Source: the human T2T-CHM13v2.0 reference genome, Homo sapiens. From it: a DNA stretch of 64,000 nt. The notes below the pieces were generated by a model, which saw only the letters and a program-made list of their open reading frames with translations, was not told the DNA's origin and ran no database searches. This document shows positions 42,201 to 55,258 of the stretch, piece after piece. The translations under genes and the position numbers were made by a program. Position 1 is the first letter of the stretch, and the number at the start of each line of letters is the position of its first letter. Where the stretch lies: assembly GCF_009914755.1 (NCBI RefSeq), contig NC_060926.1. One strand, given 5' to 3'.

Positions 42201-43109
42201 GCACTGGAGGAAAGAAGCGCTCTCCATCTGGCTCTTTGGGCAGCTCATCTCTGTCCTCCAGTTTAATCATTCCTTGCTGGTCACCCATCGTTGCCTAGAA
42301 ACTCATTCCTCCCATCCCGCCTCCCTGATATTTTGTCCAGGTCACTTTGACTGGAGGTCCAAGTGTTGCCAAATTCTTTAGTCAAATCTTTACAGGTAAT
42401 CTCTGGGTTGATTGTCACAGAAGTGGAAAATTACAGCCAGGATGGGTGACTTTACAATGTGAACAATCAGACAGTGACCTTCTGCCTTGCACTACCTTAT
42501 CACTGGGGGACCCGTCATACCCACCCCATTCTGCCTTCAAACTCCTCATAACCAGGGGTGGGGAGCAGGGGTCAAGTGACCCTGGGAAGGCATTTGAGTC
42601 TTCTGGGGCTGTTAGACACCATTCATTAAAAGGAAACATTGGACTTGACGCTTTCCTGGGTCTTTTTTGGCTAAAATGATCTCTCAGTCTAAAGAGTCTT
42701 GTATGCTGGTTGTATATGTGTATGTGAATGTGCCTGTGCATGTCTTGCCTCCTCAATAGATAGTAAAATTTTTATGCAGGGATGTTAAAGGATCCTAGAG
42801 CAGTTTAGAACTGATTTTGCTTGGTCCCATCTAGTATTTCTTTCCTATCCCTCTGGGCGTAGAAATTGACACATAGTAAATGTTCACTAAATTTTTAATA
42901 GTAGTGAATTGAAACAGTTATTCAGAAAATTTAAATCCCTTCCCTGCCTCCCACCCAAACCAAACTAAACACTTTTATCTGTGAGTTCAGAGTGTTTTAG
43001 ATCCTGAGTAATCTGTTTAATAGCATCAGTTTTCACCTTTACTCTGGAGAGATGGGGAGAGAGACACCGAGATACCCCTTAAAGACAGAATAGAAAGGTG
43101 GCTTCTGGG

Positions 43110-43660
<551 letters not shown>

Positions 43661-44624
43661 TTTTTTTCAGAATAACATTAGGACTGGCCAGGTGGGCGGT
43701 AATACTTGTAGCACATACCTCATGCAGTTAGTTTGCACTCCAAGCTAAGGTTACCATGGGCCTAATTTTGTTTTTTTCAAGTGGGAAATGAGTTCGCTGT
43801 CTTCGAAGTTGTAACCTACAAGTCCTTGTCCTGTGTGGCCTGGTGACCTAGTTGGAGGTGTGTAGAAGACCTGGGGGAACAGATCAGCACCCCCACATCC
43901 CCACCACTGGAGACGACTCAGAGTTCATTTTCTGCTGATCATGGGTTCAATTCCTTTTCTTTAGGCATGGAAGGTGACTTATTTTATTATGGAATAATTC
44001 TGTGTTGGGGGAGAGTGGGGAACTTGTTCAGTATCCAGAAGCATTTACCCTTCATTCTGGCTCAGTCATCATAATGTGCCATTTTTTGTTGTGATCAAAG
44101 TGTGTTTCTGTTCCTGCCAAGCCCCTGTGTCATGAGAACCAGCGCAGCAGCTCCAATTTTACTGCTGAGGAATAAACCACCAAAGCAGGTTTCTAATGAA
44201 AGTGCTAGGGAGACTTTAATTATAACCGTGCTCTTGAGCTCCCTTGGCAACACCTTCTCTTTTGATTCTTTTCAGAGTAGAAACAAAAATGGAGCTGCTG
44301 GTAAGAGCTCATGTCAGGGAGCCTTAGTGAGCTGGGACTCTTTAGTGTAGCCAGCTCTCCCCCACCCTTATGGAAAAGCAGTTCCTCCCAGATCACCTGA
44401 GCCCCACTGGCTCTCCAAGCTGGCCTGCACCCCAGCACAGTGCAGGGAAGAACATCTTCAGGGTGCTAGTGGCCGATTGCATGCGGAAGGAAAGAGACCA
44501 AGCTTAAAGAAAATCCTGGGTTTATTGCCCCCACTGAGATTTTTTTAAAATTGACTACAAAGTGCTGTTGTCTGGGCTCTTTGGAACAGGTTGCATGTGT
44601 TTGTTCAATTGCATTAGTTTTTGC

Positions 44625-45065
44625 TCTGAAAATTCCCTTCCTTTTCTCTCCTCTCAGTGGCCCATGTCTAGGGGCTTTGTTTTCCTTACTCCCCTTTTCC
44701 TTTTCTCTCTCTTTGTTTTGCAATGCCTCCAGCACATAGTAAGTGCTCAATAAATGGTGTTCTTCCTCTTCTTTCACCTGGATCTATTCTGAGTTTACTT
44801 GCTTTCTCTTTGTTTTTGTGCCCTTATCTTTCTCCCTGCCTTCGTCCCTTCCCCCAGCCACCTGCATGCTCTTCATCAGTCTGATTCCTTTCCCCAGTCC
44901 CATTCTCCTTCCTGCCTTGTGTCTCTTTTTTTCATTCACCTTCCTTTGATTTAAATCCCAATCTGAAATTCTTCTTTCCTCCCCTCCTTCTCCCAATCTT
45001 TATTTTTCAACTCTTTGTCTCTCATGTGGCCTCTACCTCTATTTTTCCACTGTCCCTTTGCCCAA
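44625..45065. repeat. Pyrimidine-rich (CT-rich) low-complexity tract
   Basis: Strong C/T bias on the + strand. Confidence 0.7.
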
Positions 45066-45069
45066 ATGC

Positions 45070-45245
45070 TTCTTAGCCTTGGCTTGGAACATTATATCAC
45101 CCGAGAAGTTTTAAAAACATCCCAATGACCAAACTGAACCCTAGACAAATTAAATCAGGATCTCTGGGAATGGAACTTCGGTAGAAATGTTTCTAAAAAG
45201 ATCCCCTGTTGATTTCCATGTATATCCCAGGTTGAGAACCATTGC
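45070..45245. mobile_element. MER5-like fragment
   Basis: AATTAAATCAGGATCTCTGGGAATGG...GGTTGAGAACCATTG. Confidence 0.65.
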
Positions 45246-46685
45246 CTGGCTTTTTGATTGAACATGTTTGTTGTGCAAAGCCAACTTTATATTGCTGTGG
45301 CTATCTCTAGGTGGCTTAACTGATGTTTCCGTTTTTCATTTAGTGGAAAGCATTTTCCTTGTGTCAGTTCCCAGTGTGGGTCCTGTGACCTTTGTTCTTC
45401 CTCAAGGCCATAAAGAGTCCAGGTCAAAAATGAAGGAGAGGTGAGGACAGGAGTAGCATGGGGAACTGGGATGGGATCTAAGCTACCCTAAATGCAGAGA
45501 GACAGTAAAGGCACAGCCAAGGACTGGAGCTTCCAGTTTCTAGACACCCAAGTGGAAAGCTGGCTTGGGTTGGGGTCAGGCTATGTGGAAAGGGTAAGTG
45601 CCCCTGATCCAGGCAGCTCTGCTTACATTGGCTTCCAGAACATCAGCTTCCCAGCCTGGGCAGCAAGAACAGTGCTAGCTTCTAAACTTCTGCAAACCCT
45701 TTCTTCTGAGCTTCTCCCTGGCTCTGGATTTCACCACCTCATTCTCTGTCAGGCATGTTGGGATGATGCACTGGGGACTCTGGAGCAGGCTGTTCCTTGA
45801 CAGTCTCTTCACTGAACACAGAGTAAGGAATTTACTTCATGTAGGGGACACCTCAGAAGCAAATCAAACACCTGCTCAGTGGACTCTAAAATTTCTAGCA
45901 CTTGTCAAGTAGAGAAGGAAGCAGCAGATCCAGAAGCACTCTTGGAAGCCCTGCCTCACATTCTGCAGTTTTTACCAGGCTTAACCTGGAATGAGCCCTG
46001 CTAAACACTGTAAAGCCATAGGCATTTGGCATGTAGTCTCACCATTGTATAATATATGTGTTCATGGACCATTTATAAATCAGCTGAAGAATATCTGATA
46101 GGGGAACCCAAGTCAAACAGGCAATATGAAAATGATGATGAAAATTTACCAGGTTCTAGGGGTAGGGAAGTCCAAACACTATTGACCCACTAGGCAGAAA
46201 TTCAAAGTCCAGGAGAGAGAATCTGCTTGCCCCATAGTGGGTCACACAGGGTCTCCTGATCCCATACCCAAAGTCTAGTACCCATGCATAGTGATCATCT
46301 CTGGCTCCTTGACTTTGTCATTCTGTGCTGAGAAGTGCTGAACCAGCACAGCCACATTGAGCTCAGCTAATCCATCAGTAGCTGTTTGTTCCTGAGACTG
46401 ACCAGCTGCAAGTCGGGGCCACAGAAAATGCAGGGCTGGCTTCTCAAAGCAAGGGCAGCCTGATTTGCTGCACCCTGGCCTCCAGCTCAAAGGCAGGAGG
46501 ATAAGTTGGTGGCAGCTCCTTCTGAGGCTGAGAATTGGCTCTCCTTGCAGGAATTGGATCTTATATTTAGTTAGTATCTAGGCACTGGCTGCTACATACA
46601 GATTGGTTTAAAGCCTCTTACTTAAGAACTTTATTTCCGGGTATTTGTTAAACCAGTTTCAACTGAGAGTAACCTAGGGAAGCCT

Positions 46686-46886
46686 ATGGCTCTCAATTTG
46701 AGTTGGATAAGAATCACCAAGGGATTTTTTTTTTTTTAAGATAATGATGCCCATGTCCAAAGCTTCTGATTTGGCTGGTCTAAGGTGAACTTTTTTTTTT
46801 TTTTTTTTTTTAAGCAATGGGGTTTTTTGTTGTTGTTGTTGTTTAAGGCTCCCAATTCTAATGCTACTCAGGGATAAGAACACCAG
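46686..46886. mobile_element. MER5-like fragment
   Basis: AGAATCACCAAGGGA...TTCTGATTTGGCTGGTCT...GATAAGAACACCAG. Confidence 0.55.
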
Positions 46887-48469
46887 TAGAGTGAAAAGCC
46901 CATGGAGAGGCCAGGACAACTGAATTCCTTGTTCTAGAGTTTAGGTTTGCCACTTCCTAGATGTGGCACTGGGGAAAGGCTATGCTGCTCCTTTAAAATG
47001 TGAAGGGCAGGCTAGATGGAAAAGTTCCACAAGCATCCCAGTCCACCAGGGAGCCTAGAAATTCTACAGAAGCTCTGAATTCCACACTAGGCAGACTAAA
47101 ATCCACACCAGCATCCTAGAGGCACTGGGCAGTCAATCTCGGAGATCCCTCTGAGCTAGAAAGTCTAGGGCCCTGTGACCTTATGTGAGCAGCACCATGA
47201 CATGTAACAAGGTCCCTGTCCTCAAAGCATCGAGAATGTAATTGGCACAGGTCAGGCACATGGAGAGCATCCAGGCACGAGAAAGAAAGGGATGAGCTGC
47301 TGGAAAATGATGTAGCAGGGAAATAAAACAGCAGCAACAACAACAAAAACCATCAAGGTTAGTTGACAAGGAGGCAGGAAGGGGGTGGAGGTGCGGTGGT
47401 GGTGATCTCCAAACTGTTTTCATGCCTGTGTGAAATGGTTTATGTGTTCTCTACTTTAACCAGGAGCTCTCAAGGGTCTAAGTTATAAAGGGGGTGGAGG
47501 AAGCGGCTCCTGCTGGGCAGATAATCCAGGCACGAGAGGATTATATTTTTAACAACTTTCCAGCGGGAGGTTATGGATTTTCTTCTCTTTGGGACTCTTA
47601 AATATCTTTTTAAAAAGCAAAGAAACATCTATTTGTCTTTCATATTTCAAAGATGCTTCTGCTTTCCTATAATCAGAAGAGCATGGTGATACCTTTGTTT
47701 CGATGTGTTTTCCAGAAGAGGGGTGGGGCTGGCTTTTTGCCCTATCCTGTTCTCTCTCCGTCTGCCTTTGCAACAGTTTTTGAGGCAACTGACCGTGGCT
47801 AGAGGTGGGGTCTGTAGCTGGGAGAGAATTTTTCTCTGCACGAGGTGAATGTTCCATTTCTGGACTGCTTAGATTCTAGTCTTCGCATCACTTAGTGTCT
47901 ACATCTGGGGAAAACAAACACCATGGCAGCTATTTTAGGTGGTCCCTGAGTCCCTTCCAACTCTGATACTTCATCACCAAAATATGAATGAGTTAATTAT
48001 TGATAGGGAACAGAACTCAGGGACTGTGCTCTGCAGTGAAATTAAGCATGGGAGCAAGGTGTGGTAGTGAGGGCGCTGGTGAATTGCCGCCATCTCTGAT
48101 TTCTAGTGGGTTGAGGAGTGCAAGACCATCATGGCGTGTCAGCAGACCATTCAAGCTGGTAAACTGAGGTTGGGATCCAGCTCCTCCAACTCTCCTTGAT
48201 AAGCTAGACCTGCCGTGGATGTGATCTCCCCAGGAAAATGACATTTGGAGTCCCTCTTAATAACACCACAGATCTGCTCATGGATGAGATATGAGTGAAA
48301 GAATCCTTCTTAGATACTGGGTGTCTACCCGCAAATGCTGTCCATCCACATTGACTCTCCACATCATAGCTCAGTCTCCCAAAGGGGGCCCATCCATGCT
48401 TGTCTATACTTTGGAGGTTACCATTATCTTGGCTACGCAGAAGCCCTATGAAAAAGTAATCACAATCTG

Positions 48470-51400
48470 TATAAATACATGAATATTAAACAAAATGTCC
48501 CTGAACAACCAGTGAGTCTATGAAAAATTCAGGAGGAAATCAAAACATTTCTCGTAATGAATGAAAATAGAAACACAATATACAAAACCTATGGGATACT
48601 GCAAAAACAGTGGTAAGAGGGAAGTTTATGGTAATAAGTGCTTACATTTAAAAAGTAGACAGATTTCAAATAAACAACCTAACAATGCACCTCAATGTAC
48701 TAGAAAAGCAAAAACAAAACAAACCTAAATTAGTAGAAGGAAAGGAAAATAAAGATGAGAGCAGAACTAAACAAAATAGAGGAAAAAATACAAACAATGA
48801 ATGAAACATTTTTTAAAAAGATAAAATTGACAAAACATTAGCTAGACTAAAAGAAGGACTCAAACCAGAAATGAAAAAGGAGACATTACAACTAATATCA
48901 CAGAAATACAAGGGATCATTAAAGACTATTATGAACAACTACATGCCAACAAATTTGAAAATCTAGAGAAAATAGATAAATTCCTGGACACATATAACCT
49001 ACCAAGATTGAAATAAGAAGAAATAGAAAACCTGAACAGACCAACAATGAGTAACAAGATTGACTCAGTAATAAAAAGTCTCCCAACAAAGAAAAGACCA
49101 GGACTGGATCACATTATTTCTGAATTCTACCAAACTTATTTTGTTGTTGTTTAAAAAAAAAAATCAATAGCTTTAGGGGCACAAGTGGTTTTTGTTTACA
49201 TTGGTGAATTGTACAGTAGTGAAGTCTGGGCTTTTAGTGTACCTGTCATCTGAATACTATACATTGAACCCAATAAGTAATTTTTCTTCTCTCACCCTCC
49301 TCCAACCTTCCCTCCTCTGCATCTCCAGTGTCCAGAATATGCCCCTGCATATCCATAGTTTAGCTCTTGCTTGTAAGTAAGAACATGTGCCCACCAAACT
49401 TTTAAATCAGAACTAACACCAATTCTTCTCCAACTATTTCCCCAAAATTGAAGAGGCAGGAATTCTTCCTAATTGATTTTATGAGGCCAGGATTTACCCT
49501 GATACCAAACCAGACAAGTACACACACCTCTAGGTGAATATTCTTGATGAACATAGAAGCAAAAATCCTCAACAAAATACTAGCAAACCAAATCTAACAG
49601 CACATCAAAAAGATAATACACCCTGATCAAATGGGATTCATTCCAGGGACGTAAGGATGGTTTAACACACACAAATCAATAAATGTGATACACAACATCA
49701 AGAGAATGAAGGATAAAAACCACATGGTCATTTCAATAGATGCAGAAAAAGTATTTAACACAATTTAACATTCCATCATGATAAAAACTCTAAAAAACAT
49801 TAGGTATAGAAGAAACATACCTCAACATAATAAAAGCCATATATGACAGTCCCACCGCATATATCATACTGAACTGGAACAAGACAAGGATGCCCACTTG
49901 TACCACTCTTTTTCAACATTGTATTGAAAGTCCTCACCAGAGTAATTAGATAAAAGAAAAAGCATATACACTGAAAAAAAGGCAATCAAATTGTCCCTCT
50001 TTGCAGACAACATGGTCTTACATATAGGAAAGCCTAAAGACTTCACCAAAAAACTTAGAAATGATAAACAAATTCAATAAAGTTGCAGGATAAAAACATG
50101 CAAAAATCAGTAGTGTCTTTATACACCAATAACGACCTAGCTGAAAAAGAAATCAAGAAAGCAATCTCATATATAATAGCTATGAAAAATAGTTAGAAAT
50201 GCATTTAACCAAAAAGGCTAAAGATATCTGCAATGAAAACTACAAAACACTGATGAAAGAACTTGAAGACAAAAAAATTGGAAAGATAACCCATGCTCAT
50301 GGATTAAAAGAATATTGTTAAAATGACAATACTACCCAAAGCAAGCTACAGATCTCTATCAAAATACCAATGACATTCTTCACAGAAATAGAAAAAAAAA
50401 AACCTTAAATTAGTATGGAACCACAAAAGACCCCAAATAGCCAAAGCAATACTGAGCAAAAATAACAGAGCAGGGAGCATCATACTACCTGACTTCAAAA
50501 TATACCACAAAGCTATAGTAACCAACACAGCATAATGGTATAAAAACAGACATATAGACCAACATAACAAGAGAATCCAGAAATAAATCCATATATTTAC
50601 AGCCAACTGATTTTCAGCAAAGGTGCCAAGAATACACACTGGGGAAAGGACACTCTCTTCAATAAATGGTGCTGGGAAAACTAGATATCCAAATGCAGAA
50701 AAATGAAACTAGGCTCTTATCTCCTACCATATACAAAAATTAATTCAAAATTGGATAAAGATTTAAATAAATGCAAGACCTGAAACTATAAAACTACTAG
50801 AAGAACACATAGGGGAAATGCTTCAGGATGTTGGTCTAGGCAAAGATTTTTTGGGTAAGACTTCAAAAGCACAGACAACAAAAAATAGGCAAATGGAACT
50901 ATATCAAACTAAAAAGCTTCTGCACAGCAAAGGAAACAATGAAGTGGGTGAAGAGAAAACCTGTAGAATGGGAGAAAATATTTGCAAACTATACATCCAG
51001 CAAGAGACTAATATCCAGAATCTACAAAGAATTCAAATAACTCAAAAGCAAAAAACTGAATAATCTGATGTAAAATGGGCAAATGATTTGAATAGACATT
51101 TCTCTAAAAAAAAAGACACAAGTGGCCAATAAGTATATGAAAAAAATTCAACATCACTAATCATCAGGGAAATACAAACCAAAACCACAGAGATCAGAGA
51201 CCTTTTTAGCCTAGAATGGCTTAAAAAGAGAAAAAAAAAAAAAAACAAATGCTAGTGAGATTGTAAAGGAAAGAGAACTCTGACATACTGTTGGTGATCA
51301 TGTAAATTAGTACAGCTATATGAAAAACAGTATGGAGGTTTCTCAAATAACTAAAAATAGAACTACCGTATGACCCAGAAATCCCAATACTGGGTATTTA

Positions 51401-52030
51401 TCCAAAGGAAAGGAATTCAGGTTATCAAAGAGAGATCTGCACTTCTGTGGTTATTGCAGCACTAGTCACAATAGCCAAGATATAGAATCAACCAAAATTT
51501 TTATAAAAAGATGAATGGATAAGGAAAATGTGATGTATATATGCAATGGAATACTATTTAGCTACAAAAAAATAAAATTCTCTCATTCACTTTAACATGA
51601 ATGGAACTGGAAGAAGTTAAGTGAAATATCGGGCACAGAAAACCAAGTACCACATGTTCTCACTCATGTGGGAGATAAAAAAAATTGACATCATAGAAGT
51701 AGAGAATGGAATTGTGGTGATCAAGAGTCTGATAAGGGGAGGAGAGGATCTGGAGAAGTTGGCTAATGGATACAAAATTACAGCTAGAGAGGAGGTATGA
51801 GTTCTAGTGTTCTATAGCAGTGTAGGATGACTATAGTTAATGATATATCGTATGTTTTCAACAAGCTGGAAGAGTGGATTTGGAAAGTTCCCTACACAAA
51901 GAAATGAGAAATGTTTGAGGTGATAAGCATGCTAATTTCCCTGATTTGATCATTACATACTATATACATGTACTGAACTATCACTCTGTATCTCATAAAT
52001 ATGTACAATTATTACATGTCAACTAAAAAG
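48470..52030 (+). mobile_element. Old LINE-1 (L1MA-like), degraded ORF2 and 3'UTR
   Basis: A-rich sense L1 sequence (AATAAATGGTGCTGGGAAAAC, AAAAAGCTTCTGCACAGCAAAGG); L1MA-type 3' end AAATATGTACAATTATTACATGTCAACTAAAA. Confidence 0.9.
49138..49392 (-). mobile_element. L1PB-like 3'-end fragment nested antisense in the L1MA
   Basis: CAATAGCTTTAGGGGCACAAGTGGTTTTTG...GTAGTGAAGTCTG...AGTAAGAACATG; TSD ACCAAACTT at 49129-49137 and 49393-49401. Confidence 0.8.
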
Positions 52031-53289
52031 AGGAGAAAAGGTGATCACAAAGGGTGTACATTTGTGGGCGTGCGTGTGCGAAATGGGTTACTAAAATCCA
52101 CTGAAGTCAGGAGCTATTCACCAAAAGCTGAAAATGTCAACATTCTTTTTAAGAAACCATTTTCATGCCTCCAGCCTTTGAAGGACTCAAGGCCACTGAC
52201 TTATGCTAAGGACAGAAAAGACACTGTGTTATTTAGGCCTGATTTTTAAACAATGCATTATAGTGATGGCAGAGTGCAGGGTGTGGGGAGTGGGAGGGAC
52301 AGGAAAATGTATGTGCACATTTGTGGATGTGAACATGTGTGTGTTCATGTGTGTTTGTGCTGACTGTGGAGGTTTGCATAAATATACTTCACAACCCAAC
52401 CAAGGACTCCTACCTCCAAGATCCTTTTCCTTAACCGAGACATGCTTGCCCTACTGTGAGTCCCAGGTTGTTCCAAGCATGTGTGAGATAACCTATCCCA
52501 CATGAGAAGGTCAGGTCTGGCTCTCAGTTCTGTACACCACTTCACAAGGTCACTAGTCTTGTCATTTTCTTAACTTTCTCCTTCTGTCTTCCCTCAGCAG
52601 GCAACTCATATCTGGGCACATGATAGATGTCTATCCCCTTGCCAGAATGATTTAAAAAAAAAGAAAGGCAAGTTCTTTGTTTAAACTACCGAAGCTCTGA
52701 GAACTGCCTATCAGAAGCCATGGCTGTGGAGGGTATTCATTATCACCAAAGAAATCTTTGAGTTCTGAGCTATAAGGGCATAAAAGACACTGGCCTTGGC
52801 ATCACACAAGCCAACAGACCTGGGGAGAGAATACAACCTCTACACAGAAGGATCCAATTAAACACAGCATACAGTCCCATGCTGGGTACTGCAGACAAAA
52901 AGACGGTTATGACTTGTCTCTTGAGAGGTCTGCTATCTGATGGCAGAGACAGACTTTTAAACAACTAACCATAAAGCAGAAGGATAAGTGCTGCTTTTAT
53001 AGAAGGTTATATATAAAGTCTTATGAACATATAAAAAGGAGGCCAAGTCATTCTATCTGCTCTGCTTAAGGCATATATCTCAGAGAAAGGGACATTTGAA
53101 TTAGACTTTGCAGACAAATAGGAGTTTGCTAGGTGAGAAGCAGCAGGAGAGAGTTTTAGGCAGAGAGAACTGAAAGAAGTAGAAACATGAAAAATGCATG
53201 GTGCTTGGAAAGTAAGGAGCAGCTTAATGTGGCTGAAGCTGAGGATACGTGGATGGCTGGATATAGAAGGTAAGAAATGAAACTACATA

Positions 53290-53535
53290 ACAATAACAAT
53301 GAACACTTACTGAGTACTTACCACATGTCAGATATCATACAAAGTGCTTTACATATTCATTTACTCTTTATAAGATACATGTGATATAGGTACTGTTTGC
53401 CTTATTTTACTGTTGGAGAAATTGAGGTACAGTCAATGAGTGCTCAGGAAAGAAACATTCCCAAGGTCACATAAGATAAATGGTAGAGCTGGGACATGAC
53501 CTCAGACAGCCCGACACCAGACCCTGTGCCTATCA
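53290..53535. mobile_element. MIR flanked by L2 remnants (~52850-53740)
   Basis: ACACTTACTGAGTACTTACCA...TTTTACTGTTGGAGAAATTGAGG...CCCAAGGTCACA. Confidence 0.75.
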
Positions 53536-54591
53536 CCGTTAGGCTGTTGGATGTGCATATTGTAGTTCTGCAAGTTGATCATGACAAAGGTTAGGTTGAT
53601 GTGGCTTCAGGGAGAAGGTGGCATCAGAAAGAGGTAAATGAAGTGGATGTGGGTAGGCTGGAGTAAGAGGAGATGAGTAGACATCCCAGGCATGGAGGAA
53701 AGCCATGATCAAAGCCGTATGTGTGGGAACGAGGATGTGGAGTGAGCCATTCATGCGGCCCATTAGTCTGCTCAGTGGCCTGGTGCTTCTTGGCAAAGCC
53801 CAAATGAACATCTCATTGATGGCCCCAGAAGCATCCCTGCTCTCCAGAAAGGTCCAGGGAACTCACGTCTGCTCACTTTCTCTCTGTTCCTTCCTGCTTC
53901 TCGCTGGCCTGGGAAGCTGCAGTCATTCATACAAGGGAAGATGGGTGCCCGCAGGAATCTCATGGGCTTATCTTTCCCTCTGTTATGCGTGGTTTTTATA
54001 ATGTATCTCCTACCGAGCATTCCTGGGTGAGGACGGATGCTATTTGGCAGTGGGATTTAATGAATCCAGCAGTGCCTTGCTCCCCATTAAGAATCCCTGA
54101 GGGGTGTTCAGTCGGCTGAGCAGCAGAAGATTGCAGCTGCACACATTTAAATAAGAGAGACATCAGGGCAGGGTAGCAGAGGCCAAAGGGAGACCATTCC
54201 TTGAGTGAAATTGAATTTTGTTAGAGTTAAATTGAGATGCTGAGCTGTCGTTTTACAAACGTATTCATGGGCTTGGCTGTCACTTTCATTTAGTGGGCTT
54301 GCCATCTGAAGCTGGGGCTTGCTGGTGGAGCCATGGCCTCCCCGCCTGAGAATGCAAAGCCTCACCCTGAGAAGCAGGAGCCCAGGTGGGTGGGGGGAGA
54401 ATCTGCAGAGCAGCAAGCGGGAGGAGGGTCTAGTCTGCAACCTGCTGCTTCCTCCACCAGCTTCCTCTTCCTGGACCTGGCCAAGGACCTGCAAAATCAT
54501 GATTCTAATATGATGCAGAATAAGAAGTGTTCTAGTCCCACAGATCAAAGGTAAAGTTCTGGTTAAGTACAATCAACAGCCCTATCAACGT

Positions 54592-54740
54592 AGGTAATTT
54601 ATTGAGCCTCTCTGTGCCTCAGTTTCCTCACTTGTAAGAAGGGCTTTGAAATAGAATCTTTTTAGACTTATGGAGAGAGTGAATTTTGAAATAAAACATA
54701 CCAAGTGCTTAGCTCAATGTTCAGCTAGCAGCAAGTATTT
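54592..54740. mobile_element. MIR remnant
   Basis: CTCTCTGTGCCTCAGTTTCCTCACTTGTAA. Confidence 0.75.
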
Positions 54741-54747
54741 ATAAAAG

Positions 54748-55258
54748 TGAAACAGAGTTCTTTTATCCCTCTTGCAGGGTGTGCAACAGGGGTGTGGCTC
54801 ACTTCTTTGGTGCCACACTGCCCAAACCCCAAGGGGGAGCATGAAGATGGGCAAGTGCAGAGGTTGTGGGTAGCCCTTCTGGGCTCCAACCCATAGCAGC
54901 ATCTAGGGATAAGTATTTACAAGCCCAAGTGGGTGTGTATTACAGTGTGCTCCTTCAGCTTTGCTGTCTGCAGTTGGCTTGTGTTAGTTCAGTTAGATCC
55001 TTTGCAGTATCCTAAGGGCAGAGGGCTTTCTGTATCCCAAGTTCTTGCCCAGCGTGCCGAAAAAATTAGATCACACGAGGGCTTAGAGGGTGAGTGCAAG
55101 GTTTTATTGAGTGGTTGAAGGTGGCTCTTAGCAAGATGGATGGGGAGCTGGTAGGGGGACAGAGCGGGAAGGTGGTCTTCCCCTGTGGTCGGGCCGCTCA
55201 ATGGCCAAACTAACCTCCAAGTCCCCCTGGCAGAACTCCCCCTGGAGTCCGCGTTGCC
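54748..55258 (-). mobile_element. Partial ERV1 LTR (MER50-like)
   Basis: TGAAACAGAGTTC...ACAGGGGTGTGGCTC...GAGGGCTTTCTGTATCCC...GAGTGCAAGGTTTTATTGAGTGG (antisense AATAAA). Confidence 0.65.

Noticed and set aside
47329-47346. CAG/CAA run suggesting a polyglutamine exon, followed by AAG|GTTAGT
   Set aside because: Very short, no supporting + strand ORF and no convincing acceptor.
48470-52030. Possible active LINE-1
   Set aside because: No long ORF; many stops, frameshifts and a nested insertion; old L1MA-type 3' end.
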